From Thermodesulfobacteriota bacterium (GTDB lineage: Bacteria > Desulfobacterota > Desulfobulbia > Desulfobulbales > SURF-16), in assembly GCA_039714595.1 (NCBI GenBank), contig JBDLJA010000008.1:6565-70564 (forward strand): a DNA stretch of 64,000 bases, read 5' to 3'. Positions 36,907 to 46,888 of the stretch are shown in pieces (position 1 is the first letter of the stretch; each line of letters opens with the position of its first letter). A program made the translations under genes and the position numbers. The notes below the pieces were generated by a model. The model was not told the DNA's origin. It did not search any database and saw only the letters and a program-made list of their open reading frames with translations.

Positions 36907-36976
36907 AAAAGGCCCCGAAGCACTGCCAATCTCGGAGTGAGAAAGGTCGCAGCCAAAAGGTGCTGGGGCCTTTTTT
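36907..36976 (+). terminator. possible terminator after the porin gene (long-loop hairpin)
   Basis: GGCCCC(GA)AGCAC ... GTGCTGGGGCC followed by T6. The loop of about 36 nt is atypically long. Confidence 0.45.
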
Positions 36977-36991
36977 ATTGTTTCTGGGCAG

Positions 36992-37136
36992 GGTTAAAAC
37001 CTCCGCCTCTTAGGCGGACAGCTTTCAGCTAGCAGTTGCATTTTTTTACAGCGAATATCGAGGTCACCAGAAATGTCGAACCGCAGAAGGAAGGATGTTA
37101 TCTTAATAAAGAAAAGTACCTTCCTTCTGCGGTTTG
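36992..37136. repeat. structured intergenic repeat, type 3, copy B
   Basis: See 6865-7048. Contains a perfect 15-bp inverted repeat ACCGCAGAAGGAAGG/CCTTCCTTCTGCGGT (37080-37094 / 37119-37133). Confidence 0.8.
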
Positions 37137-37196
37137 TTTTTTAAACCGGCTGCGTCAGCCTGGCCGGTATTGCTGGATTTTGCGGTCCGCGATTTC

Positions 37197-37233
37197 AAAC
37201 CCACCGGCTTTATAGCCGGTGGGTTTTTTTCTT
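37197..37233 (+). terminator. rho-independent terminator (hairpin usable on both strands)
   Basis: 13-bp stem AAACCCACCGGCT/AGCCGGTGGGTTT with loop TTAT, followed by T7. It lies 6 nt from the selU stop on the other strand. Confidence 0.75.
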
Positions 37234-37238
37234 TGGGG

Positions 37239-38273
37239 CTAGCCGCCGGATATTTTGGCTACCTTGGCCTGGACCAATTCGGTGTCCGCCTTAAGATCAG
37301 TGCCGCTGATGGCCAGCGAGAAAATCTCCTGGTTTCGCCGTTTCTCTAAGCCACGGTTGTAGAAGTAATCGTAATAGCCCAGGAGGATCTCGCAGGCGCC
37401 AGCAAAGTCGTCCGCCTCCAGGAACTCTATGACCTGGGCCAGCTTGGCCGTGGTCAGTTTCTTCTCGATGCGCCGGGCCGCCGTGATCAGCTGCTCCCGG
37501 TCCCTGGTGTGGTAATCCTTGACCAGGCGGCTGACCCGGGCGCTCAGGGTAACCTCCACCATGAGCAGCGGCGCCGCCCGCATCTGGAGGAGCAGGGGCG
37601 GGGGCAGGTGGACTGAGCCGATGATGTGGCTCTCGTTTTCCAGGAGCAGCGGTTTAGCTGGATCAAGGGGGGCCATCTCCTGGTGCAGGTTGTTTTCAAA
37701 CTGTTCCGTGGTGGGTTGCGGCCTTTCGTTAATATGGCCGAAGACCGAGCCCTTATGGTGGGCCAGCCCCTCAAGGTCGATTACCTGGAGGCCCAAGTCG
37801 CGTAGCCCCAGGAGGATGGCGGTCTTGCCGCTGCCCGTCTTGCCGCCCAGGACTATTATGCTGCGCGGCCTGTCGATAAACTCTCTGATTGCCCGCCGGT
37901 AGCCTTTGTAACCGCCGCTGAGACGCTGCACCGCCAGGCCCGCCTCCCTTAAGACCCGGCTCACCTCGCTACTGCGCATCCCCCCCCGCCAACAGTGAAC
38001 CAGAAGACTCTTGTTTCCCAAGGCCCGGGCCCGGGCGATGAGATCCGCCACCTTGGGCTCGGCGATCTCCCTGCCCCGGCTTAAGGCCAGCTCCTTACTC
38101 TCTTGTTTGTAGATGGTGCCGATCTCGGCCCGCTCGCGATCGGAAAAGAGGGGGATGTTAATGGCGGCGGGGATGTGGCCCTGGTGAAACTCGGCCGGGC
38201 TGCGCACGTCGATGATGGCAGAATCGGTGGGTATATCGCTGAAATCTATATCGTCATTCATTGCTTGTTCCAA
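37239..38273 (-). CDS. selU: tRNA 2-selenouridine synthase
   Basis: Rhodanese domain with HCWRGGMRS. P-loop GGKTGSGKT. 344 aa. Confidence 0.85.
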   Translation of the reverse strand: MEQAMNDDIDFSDIPTDSAIIDVRSPAEFHQGHIPAAINIPLFSDRERAEIGTIYKQESKELALSRGREIAEPKVADLIARARALGNKSLLVHCWRGGMRSSEVSRVLREAGLAVQRLSGGYKGYRRAIREFIDRPRSIIVLGGKTGSGKTAILLGLRDLGLQVIDLEGLAHHKGSVFGHINERPQPTTEQFENNLHQEMAPLDPAKPLLLENESHIIGSVHLPPPLLLQMRAAPLLMVEVTLSARVSRLVKDYHTRDREQLITAARRIEKKLTTAKLAQVIEFLEADDFAGACEILLGYYDYFYNRGLEKRRNQEIFSLAISGTDLKADTELVQAKVAKISGG

Positions 38274-38287
38274 AAAGGCGGCTTCTC

Positions 38288-39328
38288 TTATTCGCCACTG
38301 TTATCGTAAAAACAGGTCTTGCCCTGGTAGTTGCTGAAGATCAACTGCTCCCCTATCTCCTGGACATAGTTTGGGGTGAGCGGCACCTTACCGCTGCCGT
38401 GGGGGCCATCCACCGCGTAGGTGGGCAGGGCCAGGCCGGAGGTGTGGCCGATGAGGCCGCGCATGATCTCCTGGCCGCACGTAACCGAAGTGCGCAGGTG
38501 GTTGGTGCCGCGGCTCATATCACCCTGGAAGAGGTAGTAGGGCTTGACCCGGATGGTGAGCAGCTTATGGAGGAGCTCCCGCATGGTGGCAAGATCGTCG
38601 TTGACCCCTTTTAAGAGCACGGTCTGGCAGCCTAAGGGGATACCCGCGTTGGCCAGGCGGCCGCACGCCTCTGCCGCTGCCGGGGTGATCTCGCGGGGGT
38701 GGTTGAAGTGGGTGTTTAGGTAGAGGGGGTGGTATCTGCTAAGAATGGTGGCAAGACTCTTTGTCACCCGCTGGGGCAGGGTGCACGGCACCCGGGAGCC
38801 GATCCGGATGATCTCCACCGTGGGGATGGCCCGCAAGCGGGAGAGGAGCCAGTCCAGCCTGTCGTCCGGGAGGAGAAGGGGATCGCCGCCTGAGACCAGG
38901 ACATCGCGCACCGCCGGAGTATGTTTGATGTAGTCCAGGCCGTCTTCTAAGCTCTGGGGGCTGATCTCCATGGCGCAGGTACCCACCTTCCGTTTACGGG
39001 TGCAGAAACGGCAGTACATGGCGCATTGGCTGTGGACCAGGAAGAGGACCCGGTCCGGGTACTTGTGGATGAGATTTTTGACCGGGCTTAAGTTCTCCTC
39101 GTTCAGCGGGTCTTCCAGGCAGACCTTGTCGTTTAACTCCGCCTCCTGGGGTACCCCCTGGAGCCAGATCGGGTCATACCTTTTTGCCATGAGGCCCAGG
39201 TAGTAGGGATTGATCCGCATGGGGAATTTTTCAGTAATTCTACCTATTTCCTTGCTAGGGGCAAGGTGGGCTGGTAAATGATGACATTGGCTGATGGAGT
39301 CGTTTAGGAGGTGCTGCCAGGTGTCCAT
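38288..39328 (-). CDS. KamA-family radical SAM protein (lysine 2,3-aminomutase / EpmB-like)
   Basis: CAMYCRFCTRK cluster motif, SGGDPL, and 346 aa, similar in size to EpmB. Confidence 0.75.
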   Translation of the reverse strand: MDTWQHLLNDSISQCHHLPAHLAPSKEIGRITEKFPMRINPYYLGLMAKRYDPIWLQGVPQEAELNDKVCLEDPLNEENLSPVKNLIHKYPDRVLFLVHSQCAMYCRFCTRKRKVGTCAMEISPQSLEDGLDYIKHTPAVRDVLVSGGDPLLLPDDRLDWLLSRLRAIPTVEIIRIGSRVPCTLPQRVTKSLATILSRYHPLYLNTHFNHPREITPAAAEACGRLANAGIPLGCQTVLLKGVNDDLATMRELLHKLLTIRVKPYYLFQGDMSRGTNHLRTSVTCGQEIMRGLIGHTSGLALPTYAVDGPHGSGKVPLTPNYVQEIGEQLIFSNYQGKTCFYDNSGE

Positions 39329-39726
39329 GGATTTGCTGTTTTTTTTGTTGTCAGGGGCTGTCGTTTAGTGGTCTGCTTTAAAGTTTTTTTGAAAAAAAGT
39401 TCCCGGAAGTGATACCAATATCTGGGGAAACAAGGGTTTATCTCTTAAGGCCCGCAGCTCTTGGGCCGCTCATGGTTCTGCGTGGCGGAAAAAATAATGA
39501 CCTGCAAGTAAACTCTCCACGCCTAAAACGCGGGGCTTTCCCGCCCTTGGTTTTGCCAAGGGTGGGAAAAAGTGCTTAAGCACGCGGCCAGTTTCCATGA
39601 GCAGTTATTCGCTGGCTAAAGCTAACAGCAGGCTTGACCTGCGCTGTCTGATTTTAACTTACAGGTAAAAAATTCTGCGAATAATAAACCGCAAAGGCGT
39701 CTGGGGCGCCATCTTTTTCTTGGGCC

Positions 39727-40668
39727 ATGACACCTAGTTACTTGACCTTGCATGGCAGCGGAAAGCTGGCGACCCGGGCCGAGGAGGCCCTGGCCGCCCT
39801 GGGCCATTGCACCCTCTGTCCCCGGGGTTGCGGGGTTGACCGGCTGGCGGACGAGAAGGGTTTCTGCCGGACAGGGCTCATGGCCAGGGTGGCATCCTAT
39901 GCCCCCCATTTTGGTGAGGAGACGCCCCTCAGCGGGGTGGCGGGGTCGGGGACCATTTTCTTTAGCAACTGCAACCTGGGCTGCGTCTTCTGCCAGAATG
40001 AGGAGATCAGCCACCAGGGCCAGGGGGTGACGGTGGACAGCGGCCAGCTGGCCGCCATGATGGTGAGCCTCCAGAAACAGGGCTGCCATAACATCAATCT
40101 GGTCACCCCCTCCCATGTCATCCCCCAGATCCTCCGGGCCTTGGTCCTGGCGGTGGAGCAGGGGCTCACCCTGCCCCTGGTTTATAACAGCAGCAGCTAC
40201 GACTCTGCCGCCGGCCTGGAGTTGTTGGCCGGGGTGGTGGATATCTATCTGGCTGATTTCAAGTTCTGGCAGCCGGAGTCGGCCGGCCGCTACCTGCAGG
40301 CGGCCGATTATCCCGAGGTAGCGCGAGTCGCCATTGCTATGATGCACGACCAGGTGGGAGATCTGGAGATCGGCGCTGACGGTATTGCCGGCCGCGGCCT
40401 GCTCCTGCGTCACCTGCTCATGCCGGGCTTTATCGCCGAGGCCAAGGAGATTCTCTCCTTTTTCGCCCAGCTGTCGCAGAAGAGCTATGTGAATATCATG
40501 GGCCAGTATCACCCCTGCCACCGGGCCCATGAGTTTGCCGAGCTTGGCGCGGAGGTCTCAGGCCAGGAGTATGAGGATGCCTATGCCTGGGCCAGGCATG
40601 AGGGCCTTCAGCGGCTGGAGCAGGGCGGCCTGGAGCGGCTCTTGGCCGCCCTGGCCCGGGGGCACTGA
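39727..40668 (+). CDS. radical SAM protein, PflX-like (COG1313-type, PFL-activase homologue)
   Basis: N-terminal CTLCPRGC..FC cluster and CNLGCVFCQN radical-SAM motif. Confidence 0.65.
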   Translation: MTPSYLTLHGSGKLATRAEEALAALGHCTLCPRGCGVDRLADEKGFCRTGLMARVASYAPHFGEETPLSGVAGSGTIFFSNCNLGCVFCQNEEISHQGQGVTVDSGQLAAMMVSLQKQGCHNINLVTPSHVIPQILRALVLAVEQGLTLPLVYNSSSYDSAAGLELLAGVVDIYLADFKFWQPESAGRYLQAADYPEVARVAIAMMHDQVGDLEIGADGIAGRGLLLRHLLMPGFIAEAKEILSFFAQLSQKSYVNIMGQYHPCHRAHEFAELGAEVSGQEYEDAYAWARHEGLQRLEQGGLERLLAALARGH

Positions 40669-40735
40669 TTTTTTTTCTTTCCCAGAATAGATGGACACGG
40701 GATCAGAAGATTACCTGATACGAGGATGAGCTGAA

Positions 40736-41386
40736 ATGGAAATTTTAAGGCGTCTTGTCACCAGTTCCATTGGCCGTAAGGTGATAATGGCGGTGAGCGG
40801 CCTCTATCTGGGCCTTTTTTTGCTGCTCCACGCCCTGGGCAACTCCACCATCTTCTTCGGGGCCGAGGTCTTTGGCAGCTACGCCCACCACCTCCATGAC
40901 CTGGGGCTCTTGGTCTATCTCGTTGAGCTGCTGCTCCTTGCCATCTTTATCATCCATATCTCCTTTGCTGCCCTGCTCTTTTTCGCCAACCGCCGGGCCA
41001 GGGACAAGGGCTATGCGGTGAGCCGCAGCTCCGGCGAGAGGAGTCTCGGCTCCCGCACCATGTTCTATAGCGGTCTGGTTGTGCTGCTCTTCATCCTCTT
41101 TCATCTGGCCCGGGTCCGTTTTGCTGACAGCGGCGGCCAGATAGCAGAGCTTGTCCGCTCGCACCTGAGCCAGAGGGGGGTGGGGATTGCCTATCTCCTG
41201 GGGCTCTCGGCCCTGGCCCTCCATCTCAGCCACGGGTTCTGGAGCCTCTGGCGCAGCCTTGGGGTAGAGCATCCCCTCTACAACGGTCTTATCCGCTCCC
41301 TGGCCTGGCTTTTCACCGTTACCATCTCGGCAATCTTTCTGGCCATTACCCTCCTGGGGTTCTTCTGGCCCAACTTCTTAGCATAG
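40736..41386 (+). CDS. sdhC: succinate dehydrogenase / fumarate reductase cytochrome b subunit (b558 family)
   Basis: 216 aa, 5 TM segments with conserved His. Directly precedes the flavoprotein subunit. Confidence 0.8.
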   Translation: MEILRRLVTSSIGRKVIMAVSGLYLGLFLLLHALGNSTIFFGAEVFGSYAHHLHDLGLLVYLVELLLLAIFIIHISFAALLFFANRRARDKGYAVSRSSGERSLGSRTMFYSGLVVLLFILFHLARVRFADSGGQIAELVRSHLSQRGVGIAYLLGLSALALHLSHGFWSLWRSLGVEHPLYNGLIRSLAWLFTVTISAIFLAITLLGFFWPNFLA

Positions 41387-41398
41387 AGAGTGGCAGAT

Positions 41399-43309
41399 AT
41401 GATTTTAGACGCCAAGATACCGGCCGGCCCCCTGGCCGAAAAATGGGATAGACACCGTTTTGCCGCCCAGCTGGTCAGCCCGGCCAATAAACGGAAGTAC
41501 CGGGTGCTGGTGGTGGGTTCTGGCCTGGCCGGGGCCTCGGCCGCCGCCACCCTGGCCGAGCAGGGCTATCAGGTGAGCTGTCTCTGCATCCAGGACTCAC
41601 CCCGGCGGGCCCACTCCATCTCGGCCCAGGGCGGCATTAACGCCGCCAAGAACTACCAGAACGACGGCGACTCCGTCTTCCGCCTCTTCTACGACACCAT
41701 CAAGGGCGGTGATTTCCGGGCCCGGGAGGCCAATGTCCACCGCCTGGCCCAGGTGAGTAACTCCATCATCGACCAGTGCGTGGCCCAGGGGGTGCCCTTT
41801 GCCCGGGAGTATGGCGGCACTCTGGCCAACCGCTCCTTTGGCGGGGCCCAGGTCTCCCGCACCTTTTACGCCCGGGGCCAGACCGGCCAGCAGCTCCTCC
41901 TGGGGGCCTACTCCAGCCTGGCCCGCCAGATAAAATTAGGTAGGGTGACCATGCTGCCGAGGCGGGAGATGATGGAGCTGGTGGTGGAGGATGGCGTGGC
42001 CCGGGGGGTCATTGCCCGCAATCTTATTTCCGGCGAGCTGGAGGAGTATGGGGCCCACGCCGTGGTCCTGGCCAGCGGCGGTTACGGTAACGCCTTCTAC
42101 CTCTCCACCAACGCCATGTCCTCCAATGTCACCGCCGCCTTCCGGGCGTTCAAGAGGGGGGCCATGTTCGCCAACCCCTGCTTTGTCCAGATTCATCCCA
42201 CCTGTATCCCGGTCCATGGCGACTACCAGTCAAAACTGACCCTGATGAGCGAGAGTCTCCGTAACGATGGCCGGGTCTGGGTGCCTAAGGCCAAGGGGGA
42301 CAGAAGGCCACCGGCCCAGATCCCGGAAGATGAGCGGGACTACTACCTGGAGAACAAATACCCCAGCTTCGGCAACCTGGTGCCGCGGGATGTGGCCTCA
42401 CGTAACGCCAAGGAGCAGTGCGATCTCGGCAAGGGGGTGGGGGAGGGGTTGGCCGTCTATCTCGACTTTGGAGAGGCCATAGAGCGGGACGGCGAGGCCA
42501 CCATTCTTAAAAAATATGGCAATCTCTTTCAGATGTATGAACGGATCACGGCGGTGAACCCCTTGGCTGAGCCCATGGCCATCTACCCGGCGGTCCATTA
42601 CACCATGGGCGGCCTCTGGGTGGATTACAACCTCCAGTCCACCATCCCCGGTCTCTTTGTCATCGGCGAGGCCAACTTCTCCGACCATGGCGCCAACCGC
42701 CTGGGGGCCAGCGCCCTGATGCAGGGGTTGGCCGACGGTTACTTCATCCTGCCCTACACCATGGGCAACTACCTGGCTAAAGTTTCCCCTGCTGAGGTCA
42801 AGGTGGGGGGTGAGGGCTTCAGGGAGAGGCGGGAGGAGGCGGACCGGCGGCTGGGTAAATTGCTTAATCTCTCCGGCAACCGGCCGGTGGATGAGTTTCA
42901 TAAGGAGCTGGGGGCGCTCCTCTGGGATGAGTGCGGCATGGCGAGAAACCGCCAGGGGCTGGAGCATGCCCTGGAGCGCATCCCGGAGATCCGCGCCAGG
43001 TTCTGGCGGCAGGCCCGGGTGACAGGGGGGGGCAGCGAGTTGAACCAGGGGCTGGAGCGGGCCGGCCGCATTGCCGACTTCCTCGACTTTGCCCCGGTTA
43101 TGGTCCATGACGCCCTGGCGAGGGAGGAGTCGTGTGGCTGCCATCTCCGCGAGGAGAGCCAGACCCCGGAACATGAGGCGCTGCGCGATGACGGCAACTA
43201 CTCCCACGTGGCGGCCTGGGAGTATCAGGGCGAGGAGAGCCCGCCCACCCTCCACCGGGAAGAGTTGGCTTTTACCAATGTTACCCCGACTCAGCGCAGC
43301 TATAAGTAA
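41399..43309 (+). CDS. sdhA: succinate dehydrogenase / fumarate reductase flavoprotein subunit
   Basis: [28 protein letters not shown] motif and HPTCIP... Start set at ATG 41399; the track starts at GTG 41390. Confidence 0.9.
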   Translation: MILDAKIPAGPLAEKWDRHRFAAQLVSPANKRKYRVLVVGSGLAGASAAATLAEQGYQVSCLCIQDSPRRAHSISAQGGINAAKNYQNDGDSVFRLFYDTIKGGDFRAREANVHRLAQVSNSIIDQCVAQGVPFAREYGGTLANRSFGGAQVSRTFYARGQTGQQLLLGAYSSLARQIKLGRVTMLPRREMMELVVEDGVARGVIARNLISGELEEYGAHAVVLASGGYGNAFYLSTNAMSSNVTAAFRAFKRGAMFANPCFVQIHPTCIPVHGDYQSKLTLMSESLRNDGRVWVPKAKGDRRPPAQIPEDERDYYLENKYPSFGNLVPRDVASRNAKEQCDLGKGVGEGLAVYLDFGEAIERDGEATILKKYGNLFQMYERITAVNPLAEPMAIYPAVHYTMGGLWVDYNLQSTIPGLFVIGEANFSDHGANRLGASALMQGLADGYFILPYTMGNYLAKVSPAEVKVGGEGFRERREEADRRLGKLLNLSGNRPVDEFHKELGALLWDECGMARNRQGLEHALERIPEIRARFWRQARVTGGGSELNQGLERAGRIADFLDFAPVMVHDALAREESCGCHLREESQTPEHEALRDDGNYSHVAAWEYQGEESPPTLHREELAFTNVTPTQRSYK

Positions 43310-43326
43310 GGGGCCGGAGAAAAAAA

Positions 43327-44091
43327 ATGAGTAAGACAAAAAAGATAAATCTCACCGTCCAGGTCTGGCGCCAGAAGAGGCCTGAGGCCCGGGGCGGACT
43401 GGCCACCTACCAGTTAGACGATATCTCCACCGATATGTCGTTTTTGGAGATGCTCGATGTCCTAAACGACGATTTGACCCGGAAGGGCGAGGAGCCGGTG
43501 GCCTTTGACCATGACTGCCGGGAGGGGATCTGCGGCATGTGCGGCGCCGTGGTCAACGGCCAGCCCCATGGGCCGGAGGCCGCCACCACCCTCTGCCAGC
43601 TTCACATGCGCCATTTTAACGATGGCGACACCCTGGTCATCGAGCCGTTCAGGAGCCGCGCCTTCCCCCTGGTGCGTGACCTGGTGCTGGATAGATCCGC
43701 CCTGGACGCCACCATCGTCGCCGGCGGTTATATCTCGGTGAATACCGGCGGGGCCCCGGACGGCAACGCCATCCCCGTGCCGCAGCGGGACGCCGAGGCG
43801 GCCATGGACGCCGCTGCCTGTATCGGCTGCGGCGCCTGTGTGGCCGCCTGCCCCAACGCCTCCGCCATGCTCTTTGTCGCCGGCAAGGTCTCCCAGTTGT
43901 CCCTTCTGCCCCAGGGTCAGGCGGAGCGCAAGGAGAGGGCCCTGTCCATGCTTGCGGCCGCCGATCTCGCCGGTTTCGGGGCGTGCACCAACGAGGGGGA
44001 GTGCCAGGCCGCCTGCCCCAAGGCGATCTCCATCGCCAATATTGCCCGCCTGAACCGCGAGTATCTCAGGGCGATGTTTCTGCTCCCTTGA
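43327..44091 (+). CDS. sdhB: succinate dehydrogenase / fumarate reductase iron-sulfur subunit
   Basis: [22 protein letters not shown] and [12 protein letters not shown] clusters. Confidence 0.9.
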   Translation: MSKTKKINLTVQVWRQKRPEARGGLATYQLDDISTDMSFLEMLDVLNDDLTRKGEEPVAFDHDCREGICGMCGAVVNGQPHGPEAATTLCQLHMRHFNDGDTLVIEPFRSRAFPLVRDLVLDRSALDATIVAGGYISVNTGGAPDGNAIPVPQRDAEAAMDAAACIGCGACVAACPNASAMLFVAGKVSQLSLLPQGQAERKERALSMLAAADLAGFGACTNEGECQAACPKAISIANIARLNREYLRAMFLLP

Positions 44092-44175
44092 GAATTTTCT
44101 TCCTTTTTTGGCCTACCAAGCAGCTTAGTTAACCTGGCTGGCCGCTTGTCAGACGGGTAACGCTTTGCTCTAGGT

Positions 44176-44250
44176 TTGCCACGGAATCCACTGAAAGCAC
44201 GGAATGTTTTCAGGCAATTTCTCTGTCTTCCGTGTCTTCTGTGGCAAAAT
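44176..44250. repeat. hairpin repeat built from tandem 9-mers (type 1, copy A)
   Basis: The left arm is CACGGAATC|CACTGAAAG|CACGGAATG. The right arm is TCTTCCGTG|TCTTCTGTG in inverse orientation, bounded by TTGCCAC/GTGGCAA. Confidence 0.75.
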
Positions 44251-44322
44251 TAAAGGGCGTATCTCATTGGTAGCCCCATTCTTTTTTACCCCGATCTTAT
44301 TCCAGGACCCTCCTCCATAAAA

Positions 44323-45762
44323 TCAGGCGCTGAGCCAGCAGCCGCCCCGCCGGGGGTCTCCGCCTCCGGCCTGGCCCACGGCCACCCCATGCACCCCGCC
44401 AAAGTAGACCCCCTTTTTCTGCCATAGATTCACTGGGAAATTCTTAGCCAGTTCCCTGACGCTCTCCGCCGGCCAGCCCGGCTCTATCTGCACCACCTCG
44501 CCATCAAAGTGGAGGCGGGGCGTGGTCACTGCCGTCTCTATATCAAGATTAAAGTCAAGCAGATGGCTGATAACCTGGCCTATTGCCGTACGGATCCGCT
44601 TGGAGCCGCCCGAGCCCAGGACCAGCAGCGGCCTCTGCCCCGCCATGACAACGGCAGGACACATCATGGAGGCCACCCGCTGGCCGGGGGAGTGGGCGTG
44701 GAAGCCGTCGGGGTGCAGGTCATCCTCACCCATCATGTTGTTGAGCATGATGCCGCTGCCAGGGACGATATAGCCGGAGCCCTCGCCGTTGGAGGTGGTC
44801 ATGGCGGCCAGGTTACCCTCGTGATCGGCAATGGAGACGTGGGTGGTGCCCCGGCTGCACTGGGGACGTTTGCGGCTCTCCTCCACCTGGGCCATCACCT
44901 GGGCGTGGGCCAGGAGATGGTCGGCTGAGCCAAACTCCATCTCGGCGAGATCATAGCTTTCCAGCAGGCTCAGGGCCTGGGCCAGGAGGGTGCCGCCCAT
45001 GGAGGGTGGCGGGTTGCAGAGGAGATTTTTGCCCCGGTAGCTTGAGCGCAGGGGTTGTCGTTCCAGGACCCGGTATTGGCCCAAATCCTGGGCCGTGAGC
45101 AGCCCGTCCCCCTGCCGCATATCTTGAGCAATCCTTGCGGCCAGGCCCCCCTGATAGAAGGAGGCCTCCTGGCCTTCACGGGCCAGACTCTCCAGAAAGC
45201 CAGCGTAATCATGGTTGTGGAGCCGCTCGCCGGCCCGGATCAGCCGCCCCTGGGCGGCGTAGATTCTTTGGCCGGCGGGGCTCATGGTGAGGATCGGCTC
45301 CAGGAGGGTGAAGAAATGGGCCTGCTGCTCGGTTACCACTACCCCCTGTCCAGCCGCCTCGCGGGCCGGGGCAACCACCCGGGCCAGTGGCAACCGGCCC
45401 AGCCGCTGATGGACATGGAGATAACCGGCCAGGCAGCCGGGCACGGCCACTGAGCCCCGGCCCACATGGAAATCCTGCTCACTGCCGGAAAAACCGATGG
45501 TGACCGGGTAAAAGTGCGGTTCTGTCGGTCCGCTGAGGCCAATCCCTGGCGTGTCGCTGAAGAAGTCAAAGAGGGTGGCCTCCCCCTGGGCCGGCTGGGC
45601 CAGGAGAAAACCGCCACCGCCCAGGCTGGTGAGGCCCGGTTCCGCCATGGCCGCCATGAAACCGGCCGCCACCGCCGCGTCAAAGGCGTTGCCGCCTTCG
45701 GCCAGCATGGTCATGGCCGCCTCCGCCACCAGATGGTGGCCGGCCGCTACTATCGCTTTCAT
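44323..45762 (-). CDS. ggt: gamma-glutamyltransferase family protein
   Basis: GGGGFLL, autoprocessing/catalytic TTHVSIAD, and GGSKRI. No obvious signal peptide. Confidence 0.8.
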   Translation of the reverse strand: MKAIVAAGHHLVAEAAMTMLAEGGNAFDAAVAAGFMAAMAEPGLTSLGGGGFLLAQPAQGEATLFDFFSDTPGIGLSGPTEPHFYPVTIGFSGSEQDFHVGRGSVAVPGCLAGYLHVHQRLGRLPLARVVAPAREAAGQGVVVTEQQAHFFTLLEPILTMSPAGQRIYAAQGRLIRAGERLHNHDYAGFLESLAREGQEASFYQGGLAARIAQDMRQGDGLLTAQDLGQYRVLERQPLRSSYRGKNLLCNPPPSMGGTLLAQALSLLESYDLAEMEFGSADHLLAHAQVMAQVEESRKRPQCSRGTTHVSIADHEGNLAAMTTSNGEGSGYIVPGSGIMLNNMMGEDDLHPDGFHAHSPGQRVASMMCPAVVMAGQRPLLVLGSGGSKRIRTAIGQVISHLLDFNLDIETAVTTPRLHFDGEVVQIEPGWPAESVRELAKNFPVNLWQKKGVYFGGVHGVAVGQAGGGDPRRGGCWLSA

Positions 45763-46853
45763 GACCAGAACTCCTGGCGCAGCTGCTGGATCATGGCGGC
45801 TGGCGTAAGCCCCTCCCCCAGGAGCTGGCGCTGGCGGGAGCTACTGTTGCCCTGGGCGCAGATATCCCTTATGCCGTCAAGATAGCTCAGGCTGCCAAGC
45901 TCCCTGGCCAGGGGCTGCAGCTTCTCCAGCAGTTGCGGGACCAGCTCTGAGAAGGGCAGGTGTCCCTTGCGGCCCAGCCAGTTGCCGTCAAGGCCGTAGC
46001 GCGCCGCGTGCCAGCGGCTCTGGTTGATGATGGCCAGGGGAACCTCCTCCTGCCGCTCCTCTTCTGCCAGCCAGGCCACCAGGGCCTGGCTCAGACCGGT
46101 TAGTCCTAAGATGTGGGAGAAGCGGCTGGGCAGGTCGCAGATGCGGATCTCCACCGTGCCAAAGTCTGGGTGGGGGCGGACGTCCCACCACAGCTCTTTA
46201 ATGCCGCTGAGGATGGAACCCTTATTCAAGGTGGCGATGATATCCTGGAAGTTGTTCCAGCTACCTAAGGTGGCGGGCATACCGGTCCGGGGCAGGCAGC
46301 CGAAGAGGTTGGTCCGGTAGGAGGCAAAACCGGTGTCTTCACCCTCAAGGAGGGGCGACGAACCGGATAAGGCCAGCAGCAGTGGGAGCCAGGCCCGCAC
46401 CCCGTCGCACACCTTGATGGCGGTGGCGGCGGAGGTTACCCCCACATGGACGTGGAGGGCCTGGGTTATCATGCGCCGGCCGGCCAGCTGCAGATCAGCC
46501 ATAATCTCGTCATAACGAAGTCCAGGGGATATGTGGCGCTCTTTAACCAGGGCAAAGGGGTGGAGGCTGGCAGCATGGCAGCAGGCCCCTACCTGGCCGG
46601 CCAGCTCCTCGGCCCGGCGGCAGAGGCGGCTGAGCTGGTCGGCCACCTGCTCCATGTCAGCACAGACCGGGGTGCAGATCTCCACCATGGAACGGATGAA
46701 TTCCGCCTTGATCCGCGGCCGTTCCGCCTCACTGATCAGGGCCAGGAGCGCCGGCCCCTGGGGAACCAGATTCATGCTCCGGGGGTCCAGGAGCTGCAGC
46801 TCCAGCTCCACCCCCAGGGTGAAAGGTTGGGACTTTTTAAAGATCAGCGCCAT
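45759..46853 (-). CDS. ybdK: carboxylate-amine ligase, YbdK / glutamate-cysteine ligase family 2
   Basis: FTLGVELELQLLD N-terminus and HVHVG motif. 4-nt overlap with ggt. Confidence 0.8.
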   Translation of the reverse strand: MALIFKKSQPFTLGVELELQLLDPRSMNLVPQGPALLALISEAERPRIKAEFIRSMVEICTPVCADMEQVADQLSRLCRRAEELAGQVGACCHAASLHPFALVKERHISPGLRYDEIMADLQLAGRRMITQALHVHVGVTSAATAIKVCDGVRAWLPLLLALSGSSPLLEGEDTGFASYRTNLFGCLPRTGMPATLGSWNNFQDIIATLNKGSILSGIKELWWDVRPHPDFGTVEIRICDLPSRFSHILGLTGLSQALVAWLAEEERQEEVPLAIINQSRWHAARYGLDGNWLGRKGHLPFSELVPQLLEKLQPLARELGSLSYLDGIRDICAQGNSSSRQRQLLGEGLTPAAMIQQLRQEFWS

Positions 46854-46888
46854 GTTTGTTGGGGGGACAATGTCCCCGTTTCATCTCT

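Noticed and set aside
36992-37136. Calling the type-3 repeat copy B an sRNA gene
   Set aside because: It lies between two terminator-like hairpins and has conserved structure, which is suggestive. However, I could not identify a convincing -35/-10 pair on either strand. It is kept as a repeat with an open question, not as an ncRNA feature.
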